Below, piece by piece: positions 57,233 to 64,000 of a stretch of 64,000 nucleotides of DNA (its first letter is position 1; each line of letters starts with the position of its first letter). The DNA is from a bacterium (lineage in GTDB: Bacteria > Hydrothermota > 32-111), in the NCBI GenBank assembly GCA_046484245.1, contig JAWOBN010000081.1:320-64319 (forward strand). The letters run 5' to 3'. The translations under genes were made by a program, and so were the position numbers. The notes under the pieces are model-generated. The model made no database searches, had not been told where the DNA came from, and worked only from the letters and a program-made list of their open reading frames with translations.

Positions 57233-58414
57233 CTACTCCTCACTGAGTGTGTGTTTATACAGCCGGTTCATTAATTTAAGTCCGGCTGATTTTGAATAAT
57301 TCCTCTCTGCATATTGATGGCAGAAGAGGGAGAAATGGTCCTTTGACACTGTGACCATCCTGTCCATGGCATCAGCGAGTTTGACACTATTGATATCCTC
57401 AATTATGACGCCTGTATTCTCATTAATGAAATAAGGCATTTCACCCGCATCGGAAGCTATAACCGGTGTGCCCATTGCCAATGCCTCAAATGCCTTTGTG
57501 CCGAATCTCTCGTAACGCACAGGCATTACCTTGACATCGGCAATGTGATTTATCAGCGGGACTTCCTCATCCGTGAAATTCTCAAAATAGATATAGTGTT
57601 TCGGGTATGCCTCTATTGCCTTGTCAAGCTGCTGTCTGTACTCACCTTTACCGGAAACAATGAAACACACATCGTCGCGTTTTTCAAGCAGCTTCTTGCT
57701 TGCATCAAGGAAGAGCCCGAATCCCTTTATCTGGGACAGATTGTCGTGATAGAGAATAAGATGACTGCATGCCGAGGATATGGAGAAATACTCCCTGTAT
57801 GTATCTGTCTTGCCTTCTATGAACTTGAAATTGGAATCATCATAACCACTGTAAATCTGCCTCAGTTTGACACGGTCAAGACCGAAATCCTTCCTGATGC
57901 TCTGCTCAATCTGTTTTGATGGTGCCACAATATATGTTGCGCTCTCTATTGCATTATCAACATATTCCTTATACCTCAAATCCTTTCTCACAGCATTGAT
58001 CTCATTCCCGAAGGCTGTTACTATCTGCGGTATATCCGTTATTTCACCGACAACTGCAGCATTGATCCAGAGATACTGGGAATGTATGAGGTCCGGTTTG
58101 AATGAGGCAATGATCTTTTCATAGGATTGTTTGAGTATATTATGATACTTATTGATCTGGCTGTCATTCATTGTATAGAATTTGTTGTTTGTATGGGGGT
58201 GTGTGGTGAAGCACGGGAATTCAAAGTCAGTTATCTTGGAGAATGGGATTGTGATTATCTTGATATCCTCGTCATATTTATAATTCTCATTGTCAATATT
58301 GATTATAACGGGATTATGGCCGTGTGAGAGGAAATACCTGGCAAGATCCTTTGTATAGAGTCCGCTTGATGATTTGACAATTGGAAAGGGAGTGAGATAG
58401 AGTATTTTCATCAA
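57233..58414 (-). CDS. GT4-family glycosyltransferase
   Basis: C-terminal E..A.GTPVIASD...E motif (EALAMGTPVIASDAGEMPYFI). Confidence 0.8.
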   Translation of the reverse strand: MMKILYLTPFPIVKSSSGLYTKDLARYFLSHGHNPVIINIDNENYKYDEDIKIITIPFSKITDFEFPCFTTHPHTNNKFYTMNDSQINKYHNILKQSYEKIIASFKPDLIHSQYLWINAAVVGEITDIPQIVTAFGNEINAVRKDLRYKEYVDNAIESATYIVAPSKQIEQSIRKDFGLDRVKLRQIYSGYDDSNFKFIEGKTDTYREYFSISSACSHLILYHDNLSQIKGFGLFLDASKKLLEKRDDVCFIVSGKGEYRQQLDKAIEAYPKHYIYFENFTDEEVPLINHIADVKVMPVRYERFGTKAFEALAMGTPVIASDAGEMPYFINENTGVIIEDINSVKLADAMDRMVTVSKDHFSLFCHQYAERNYSKSAGLKLMNRLYKHTLSEE

Positions 58415-59499
58415 TCCCCCAATGATATGCTTAGGCGTCTGGCAGTTTCCACAAGCTGACCATTGGGGTCAACATAGTTCTTCTCGCCGATTGCCTCTTG
58501 AAGAGGGACTGAAACAATATCCCTTCCCCTCAGTGATACCATATTGCCGAATTTCTTCTGGGCAATAAGATTGGCTGCTTCCACACCGAAGCGTGATGAG
58601 AGGATTCTGTCATAGGGGCTTGTCTGTCCACCTCTCTGAAGATGACCGAGCACAGTGGTCCTGATTACAAAATCAGTCCTTTCGGAGAGTTTCTCCTCAA
58701 CAGATCTGCCTATGCCTCCCAGCAGGGGAAGGCCCCCGTTTTCTGATTCCTGCTTCTTCTTAACAATATCCTCTCCCTTCTCATGCGCACCCTCAGCACA
58801 TACTATTATGGAAAAAGCACTGCCATTATTCTTTCTGCTCTCAATCTTACTTATGATGCTCTCCATACAGAACGGTATCTCGGGAATAAGAATGATGTCA
58901 GCACCGCCTGCTATGCCTGCTGAGAGGGATATCCAGCCGGTATCCCTTCCCATAACCTCAACAATCATTATTCTGTGATGAGATTCTGCTGTGGTGTGCA
59001 GTTTGTCTATTGCCTCAGTTGCAGTATTTACTGCTGTCTGAAACCCGAAAGTGTAATCAGTTGCATTAATATCATTATCTATTGTCTTGGGCACACCGAC
59101 TATATTGGCGCCCTTCTTGTACAATTCATTTGCAATATTGAGTGTTCCGTCTCCTCCAATCACAACCATTCCGTCAATTCTGTGTTTGAGTATTGATTTT
59201 AGTATCTTATCCGAAACATCCCTGTACTCGGTGCCACTCTCTGTTTTAACCGGATAATGAAAGGGATTGCCTCTATTGGAAGTCCCCAGAATTGTACCCC
59301 CCTTGGGGAGAATGCCCCTGATGTCATTCAGGGTCATTGGCTCAATATGCATATTATCAATAAGTCCGTCAAATCCGTCTTTTATCCCGTACATATTCCA
59401 GTCATAGTGAACAATACCTGATTTGACTATACCCCTTATCACTGCATTGAGTCCGGGGCAATCGCCTCCTCCTGTTAGAACTGCAACATTTTTAATCAT
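58411..59499 (-). CDS. pfkA: 6-phosphofructokinase
   Basis: VLTGGGDCPGLNAVIRG, GGDGT and PKTIDNDI motifs. Confidence 0.85.
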   Translation of the reverse strand: MIKNVAVLTGGGDCPGLNAVIRGIVKSGIVHYDWNMYGIKDGFDGLIDNMHIEPMTLNDIRGILPKGGTILGTSNRGNPFHYPVKTESGTEYRDVSDKILKSILKHRIDGMVVIGGDGTLNIANELYKKGANIVGVPKTIDNDINATDYTFGFQTAVNTATEAIDKLHTTAESHHRIMIVEVMGRDTGWISLSAGIAGGADIILIPEIPFCMESIISKIESRKNNGSAFSIIVCAEGAHEKGEDIVKKKQESENGGLPLLGGIGRSVEEKLSERTDFVIRTTVLGHLQRGGQTSPYDRILSSRFGVEAANLIAQKKFGNMVSLRGRDIVSVPLQEAIGEKNYVDPNGQLVETARRLSISLGD

Positions 59500-59515
59500 A
59501 ATGCCTCCGGTTTAC

Positions 59516-59588
59516 TGGACCAGAGCGGACTTGAACCGCCGACCTCATCCTTGCGAAGAATGCGCTCTCCCGGTTGAGCTACTGGCCC
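59516..59588 (-). tRNA. tRNA-Ala (anticodon CGC)
   Basis: The reverse complement folds as GGGCCAG-TA-GCTC-AACCGGGA-GAGC-G-CATTC-TTCGCAA-GGATG-AGGTC-GGCGG-TTCAAGT-CCGCT-CTGGTCC-A. The G3:U70 Ala identity pair is present. Confidence 0.8.
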
Positions 59589-60256
59589 ATTTTTAATACT
59601 ATTAATATTTTATTATATCTGTTAAATACTATCTTTGCAATACTGTCAAATGATCTCAGAAGAAAAAAGGGGAATACCCTGTATGTGCTGAAAAAGAGAA
59701 GCTTGGTGAGCAGTCTGTTTTCAAATACCATTGATTTTGCTGCATGCATATTGACTGAATGAGCCAATGAGTAAAGATCCTTCCTGTCAAATGAGTGCAG
59801 ATGCGCATTAAGGGGCGTGAGTTTGTTGCAGTGAATACAGAGTGTATATTTGATCTGCTCATTGTAAGGCACTGTTATTATTACTGAACCTTCCGGTGAC
59901 AGTATCCGCTTTATCTCCCTCAGTGCATTTTGCGGATGCTCAAGGTGTTCAAGGACCTGGGACAGAATTATTATATCAAATGTATTGTCACAATAGGGCA
60001 TATCATAAACATCGCCTTCTGTCTTCAATGCATTGGCCGGATTATTGATCTGGGATATATCCAGTGAATGAATAATCCTGTCAGTGAAGGAGCAGAGGAG
60101 TCCGTTTCCCGTGCCTATCTCCAGTATTTCGGCATTACCTGTAATAAGGGAGGCAATAATTGAATATCTGTACAGTATCTTGCCTTTTTCCGGTATTGAG
60201 AGATTGTCATAATCAGTTATTTCATTATCATAGATATAGTGTTCAATATGTCTCAA
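59579..60256 (-). CDS. Class I SAM-dependent methyltransferase
   Basis: Motif I LEIGTGNGLL and the post-I acidic residue. The 3' end overlaps the 5' end of tRNA-Ala by 10 nt. Confidence 0.75.
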   Translation of the reverse strand: MRHIEHYIYDNEITDYDNLSIPEKGKILYRYSIIASLITGNAEILEIGTGNGLLCSFTDRIIHSLDISQINNPANALKTEGDVYDMPYCDNTFDIIILSQVLEHLEHPQNALREIKRILSPEGSVIITVPYNEQIKYTLCIHCNKLTPLNAHLHSFDRKDLYSLAHSVNMHAAKSMVFENRLLTKLLFFSTYRVFPFFLLRSFDSIAKIVFNRYNKILIVLKMGQ

Positions 60257-60435
60257 TGCTTCCTGTCCTCAATCAATTTATCAAGGGACCTGTCATATGT
60301 CTTTTCTGCCTCTGGCGAGAACATGCAGGCGGGGAATTCCCCCATACTGTTGTGATATTCAATACATTCACTGCAATTGGCGTGTCTCGGGCATCCCGGA
60401 TAAGTACATTTGCAATTATCTCCTGATTGAGCCAT
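60253..60435 (-). CDS. Small Cys-rich protein (60 aa, 7 Cys)
   Basis: C.C....C.....C..C.......AC pattern. Coupled to the downstream methyltransferase by a 4-nt overlap. Confidence 0.45.
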   Translation of the reverse strand: MAQSGDNCKCTYPGCPRHANCSECIEYHNSMGEFPACMFSPEAEKTYDRSLDKLIEDRKH

Positions 60436-60457
60436 TATATCTCCTTATATTCAAGTA

Positions 60458-60910
60458 TTACATAAAGTAAAAGATGAATCCCAGACCTGCATTCATGTCA
60501 AAATCCGTTGCAGGCATTATATCAAGAATAGGTGATACCTCCATAAAGAATTCAATCGGTATATCACTGAACATAAATGCTGCACCAATATTGAATTTCA
60601 CACCGGCATGTACATCATTATCCGTCTTTATCCTGAACCCGGGCCCTGTATAGAGGAAGAACGGTATCTCATAATCACTGTCCTGCGCAGTATAGTGAAA
60701 ATTATAGAAATAATCAATACTGGAATAGAGCATACTGCCCGGTAAGTCATAGGCAACTGTCGCTGCCACTGAATTTGAATTATTGAGATTGATTTTGAGT
60801 CTCAATCCTGTCGGCACACCGGCATAAATGCCCGCACCTGTTGAATAGCCGGAGTAAAGGGGGGTTGTCAGAATGATTAACAAAACAAAAATAATAACAT
60901 ATCTTTTCAT
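60458..60910 (-). CDS. Small outer-membrane beta-barrel protein (150 aa)
   Basis: Signal peptide, alternating hydrophobic strands and a C-terminal aromatic residue (FYFM). Confidence 0.5.
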   Translation of the reverse strand: MKRYVIIFVLLIILTTPLYSGYSTGAGIYAGVPTGLRLKINLNNSNSVAATVAYDLPGSMLYSSIDYFYNFHYTAQDSDYEIPFFLYTGPGFRIKTDNDVHAGVKFNIGAAFMFSDIPIEFFMEVSPILDIMPATDFDMNAGLGFIFYFM

Positions 60911-60977
60911 TCATACTCCTTTTTTATTATATTATACATAAATCAAAAAAAAATTAAAGAATAAATTTGCACTTCTG

Positions 60978-63900
60978 TCAATTCAGTTTGTCAAGCAGTT
61001 CTTTGCACTGCCTTACAATGGATGATTTATCAAGTGAATCTGCAATTGTCAGCGATTCCTCAGCCAATGCGCGCGCATCATCCGTCCTGTTCATTGTGAA
61101 GAGCAGTTCAGCTCTCTTGAGGAGGAAGTGGGAGAGAGGGAACCTTGCATTCATCTTCCTTATTATATCAATGCAGAGCTTGAAATTCTCATCTGCATCA
61201 CTAAATTTATCCTGCAGACGGTAAACCTCGGCAAGATTTCCCAGATCAATTGCCTCTGACCACCGGTTGCCTATCTTCCTGTCTATGGCGATTGCCTCTT
61301 TGTAGTACTGCATGGATTTGGTGTGTTCACCCAGTGTAGCATAGAAATTTGCTATATTGCCCAGAACAATTGTCTCATTCTCAAGATTGTCAATGTCGCG
61401 GTCAATATCCAGTGCTTTGAAGAAATAGTCAAGCACCTTGCTGTTCTTGCCTGTATCAAAATATATCTGACCGATATTGCCCAGAACAATAGCCTCACTC
61501 CTTCTGTTCCCTATTTTTCTGTTGAGTCTGAGGGAAATATTGTAATGCTCCAGTGCTCTGTCGTAATCATCCTTATTCCTGTAGATGAGTCCTATTCTCA
61601 GATGCAGTATGGCCTGTTTATTGAGATCCTCTTTCTTTCCTGCATCACTCAGTGCTTTCTCATAGTATTTCATTGCCTTGTCAAATTCACCCTGCCTGTA
61701 GAGCACAAGGCCTATATTGCTGTATATGGAATTCTGCATTTCACTGCTATTGCCTGCAAGTGCAAGGGCATTGTCATAATCACTGTAGGCTTTGTCATAT
61801 TCCCCCTGATTGTAATGTACAAGACCTATTGATTCATAAATACCCGCCATGCGGAGTTTCATGTTGAGGTCCTTGAATATCTCAAATGCCCTGTTATAGA
61901 ATTCAATGCTCTTGTCATATTTGCCCAGAGACCACATGATCTCCCCGGAATGTTTCAGTGCCTCTGCCATTCTTTCGGGAAAATCCTCTGACATCTCAAT
62001 TATATCATTGCAAGTGCTGAGAGCTCTATCATAATCAGCAATGTGTTTGAGAACCCTTACCTTGAGAAGCAGAATATCAATTCTCGTATCAGGTCCGAGA
62101 TCATTGGACAGTATTTCTTTTATCAGAGAGAGGGCTGTTTCATTGGAGTATGATTCAACATTCTTCACAATTGATTTTCTCAGATATTCCAGTGAGTCCG
62201 CGTTCTGCCCCGCCCTGGAATAATGATGATAGAGTTTTTCATAGTACGGCTTGAGGTTGTTCTTATATACTTCCTCATAGAGCTTGGCAACCTTTGAGTG
62301 TATCTCCTTCAGAGTGCTTTCAAACTGCATGGAGTATGCTATTTCATAGAGCAGAGTATGACGGAACAATCCGAGATTCTTGCTTATCAGGGTTATAATC
62401 TTATTGACCTCTCCTTCACGGAGGCTGTTATTAACCCTCTTACTGTCAATAAGCATTTTGAGAAGGAGTATCTCAAATTCCTTGCCCAGTACAGATGCTT
62501 TCTTGATTGTGTCCCTTGTCGGAGCTGAAAGGGAATCAAGCCTTGAAACAATAAGCCGGTCAATATTAGCGGGCATCTCCCACTCTGCACTTGTAAATGA
62601 TATGAGTCCTGCCCGTTTCTCAATAAGATTATTATCTGCAAGATGCATTGTAAGCTGTTCAAGAAATAACGGATTCCCCTCTGATTTTTCCCAGAGAAGG
62701 TCAATGGACTGTTTTTCAACAGTACTGTTGAAATATGTATTGAGATATTTCTTCACACCACTGTATGAGAGATTCTCCAGATGTATTGATGAGTGATTTA
62801 TACTGATCTTGTCCGTGATGCGGTTTTTTTCCCTGAAAATGACAATCACCCCGATATTTGAGGTTCTCTCCGCAAAGAGGTAATTGATGAAGTCAATGGT
62901 ATCCTCATCAGACCACATCATATCGTCCAGTACAATGACAAAGGGCGACTGCTGCGCTCTCTCCAGCATTATCTCCTTGAGTATGAAAAGCAGTGTTTCC
63001 AGTTTTTCTTTTGCAGAGAGGCTTCTTATTGTCTCTGTCTGCTCTATGGAGTATAAGTCCAGGAGATAGGGGACAAATGTGTCATATCTGTCCTTGAAAT
63101 GATTCCTCACATATTTCTCCACTGCCTTTCTTTTTTCAAAATCCGAGTCATGCTGATTAAAACTCATCAGTCCTGCATAGAGTTGTCTCAGTGGGGCGAG
63201 GGATTCATATTCCACTGCATCAGCAGCAGTGTAGAAGTAATTGAGATGCATGTCTTTTAATGTCTGATAGACAAATCTTGTCTTACCGATACCGCTCTCA
63301 CCCTCAATGAATATGCAGGTATTGTTCTTCTCGCCAATTGCCCGGAGATGGTTTTCCAGTATCACTGTTTCCCTGTCTCTGCCGACAAATGGTGAACTGA
63401 AACGGAATATATGCGATTTCCTGCTCGTTATCTTGTAAACAGGGCATCTCTTGCCCTTGCCCTTCAACTTGAAATTACCTATATGTTTTGTTTCATATGA
63501 TGTGAGCTGTTCCTTGATGGTTCTTGAAACATTGATGGCATTGTTCTTGATAGTGGAGAGTCTTGATGCAGTATTGACAATATCACCCAGGACAGTGTAC
63601 TCCTGCCAGACTGAACTTCCGATAAAACCGGCATATGTGATCCCGTAATCAATACCTGCTGTAATGCTCACATCGGGGAAGCGTTCCCTGACCTTTTCAG
63701 CAAGCCCTATGGCATTCTCAATCATATGCTCTGAAGCTGTCGGTGCACCGAATACAGAGAGTATTACACCGCCTTTATCAGTAAAATCAGTCTTATTAAA
63801 ATAACCGTTCATCTCCTCTGTCACCTGTTTGGTGTATTCAACAATATGCTCTATCTCGGAAATCTTCAATGCAAGAGGGAAATTGAGGAAAACAGGAGCT

Positions 63901-64000
63901 GTTTTGCGGAATTCACCCCGGGACTGCAGGTCTGTGAGTATCCGGGGGAAGTAGGGGGTATTGTCAGTGAAACCTTCGGCCTGCATGTCCGGTATATCCA
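60978..64000 (-). CDS. Class III adenylyl/guanylyl cyclase domain - STAND/AAA ATPase - TPR protein. Partial: the N-terminus lies beyond the window end.
   Basis: The CHD region has GDIVNTASRL and FGAP motifs. Walker A GESGIGKTRF lies within FVGRDRE...LENHL. C-terminal array of eight or more TPR units. The ORF is still open at position 64000. Confidence 0.75.
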   Translation of the reverse strand, partial: DIPDMQAEGFTDNTPYFPRILTDLQSRGEFRKTAPVFLNFPLALKISEIEHIVEYTKQVTEEMNGYFNKTDFTDKGGVILSVFGAPTASEHMIENAIGLAEKVRERFPDVSITAGIDYGITYAGFIGSSVWQEYTVLGDIVNTASRLSTIKNNAINVSRTIKEQLTSYETKHIGNFKLKGKGKRCPVYKITSRKSHIFRFSSPFVGRDRETVILENHLRAIGEKNNTCIFIEGESGIGKTRFVYQTLKDMHLNYFYTAADAVEYESLAPLRQLYAGLMSFNQHDSDFEKRKAVEKYVRNHFKDRYDTFVPYLLDLYSIEQTETIRSLSAKEKLETLLFILKEIMLERAQQSPFVIVLDDMMWSDEDTIDFINYLFAERTSNIGVIVIFREKNRITDKISINHSSIHLENLSYSGVKKYLNTYFNSTVEKQSIDLLWEKSEGNPLFLEQLTMHLADNNLIEKRAGLISFTSAEWEMPANIDRLIVSRLDSLSAPTRDTIKKASVLGKEFEILLLKMLIDSKRVNNSLREGEVNKIITLISKNLGLFRHTLLYEIAYSMQFESTLKEIHSKVAKLYEEVYKNNLKPYYEKLYHHYSRAGQNADSLEYLRKSIVKNVESYSNETALSLIKEILSNDLGPDTRIDILLLKVRVLKHIADYDRALSTCNDIIEMSEDFPERMAEALKHSGEIMWSLGKYDKSIEFYNRAFEIFKDLNMKLRMAGIYESIGLVHYNQGEYDKAYSDYDNALALAGNSSEMQNSIYSNIGLVLYRQGEFDKAMKYYEKALSDAGKKEDLNKQAILHLRIGLIYRNKDDYDRALEHYNISLRLNRKIGNRRSEAIVLGNIGQIYFDTGKNSKVLDYFFKALDIDRDIDNLENETIVLGNIANFYATLGEHTKSMQYYKEAIAIDRKIGNRWSEAIDLGNLAEVYRLQDKFSDADENFKLCIDIIRKMNARFPLSHFLLKRAELLFTMNRTDDARALAEESLTIADSLDKSSIVRQCKELLDKLN

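Noticed and set aside
58411-59499. Calling the phosphofructokinase PPi-dependent
   Set aside because: The diagnostic residues are mixed (GGDGT is ATP-like, PKTIDND is PPi-like). Phosphoryl donor specificity cannot be decided from sequence by eye.

Overview
The window is a gene-dense chromosomal segment (about 70 genes, roughly 90% coding) with no transposases, phage genes, rRNA or CRISPR arrays. Gene content points to an anaerobic diderm bacterium, although no gene in the window fixes the lineage, so this is an inference. The relevant genes are a ferredoxin, a desulfoferrodoxin-type superoxide reductase, butyrate kinase, an Omp85-family barrel, a PorV/FadL-like barrel and two secreted proteins with T9SS/FlgD-Ig-type C-terminal sorting domains.

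Main blocks, in order:
- 2904-12328: a long translationally coupled operon phoH, 7TM-HD receptor (YqfF-like), ybeY, two DUF21-CBS (CNNM/CorC) genes, a YitT-family gene, recO, a HAD phosphatase, sufC and a sufBD-family gene.
- 12518-24591: a chemosensory cluster. It starts with a cytoplasmic protein whose N-terminal half carries two MCP signalling-tip motifs and whose C-terminal half is a family-5 solute-binding domain. It continues with cheW-cheY-cheA-cheC, a 903-aa TPR protein, a DUF4388 (PATAN-like) protein and three consecutive Roadblock/LC7 (MglB-like) proteins, with no MglA-type GTPase visible.
- 24993-30094: an NHL-repeat secreted protein coupled to a BtuFCD-like ABC importer and an Omp85-family barrel.
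- 30095-33470: pheST on the minus strand.
- 34000-36967: a small enzyme cluster of isochorismatase, an FAD oxidoreductase, an N-terminally short RlmN/Cfr-like radical SAM enzyme and an ICMT-type membrane methyltransferase.
- 37706-48178: acyl-CoA ligase, an RRM protein, a GT1 glycosyltransferase, a multipass membrane coiled-coil protein, superoxide reductase, pepF, three tandem paralogous lipoproteins and a DUF711 protein.
- 49196-51895: a 917-aa secreted protein with a T9SS-type C-terminal domain, followed by sixA, rarA, a LUD-domain protein, a zinc-ribbon protein, ptsN, an outer-membrane barrel, buk, a GT4 glycosyltransferase, pfk, tRNA-Ala(CGC) and a methyltransferase.
- 60978-64000: a class III nucleotidyl cyclase-STAND ATPase-TPR protein, truncated at the window edge.

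Two tRNAs were found by eye: tRNA-Gly(CCC) at 2018-2089 and tRNA-Ala(CGC) at 59516-59588.

The most striking non-coding signal is a family of MITE-like elements bounded by perfect or near-perfect inverted repeats sharing a CCAAATCCCGGGGAC core. One copy lies at 33613-33774, and a nested composite lies at 48215-49094, where two smaller elements sit inside an 880-bp element with 35-bp perfect terminal inverted repeats.
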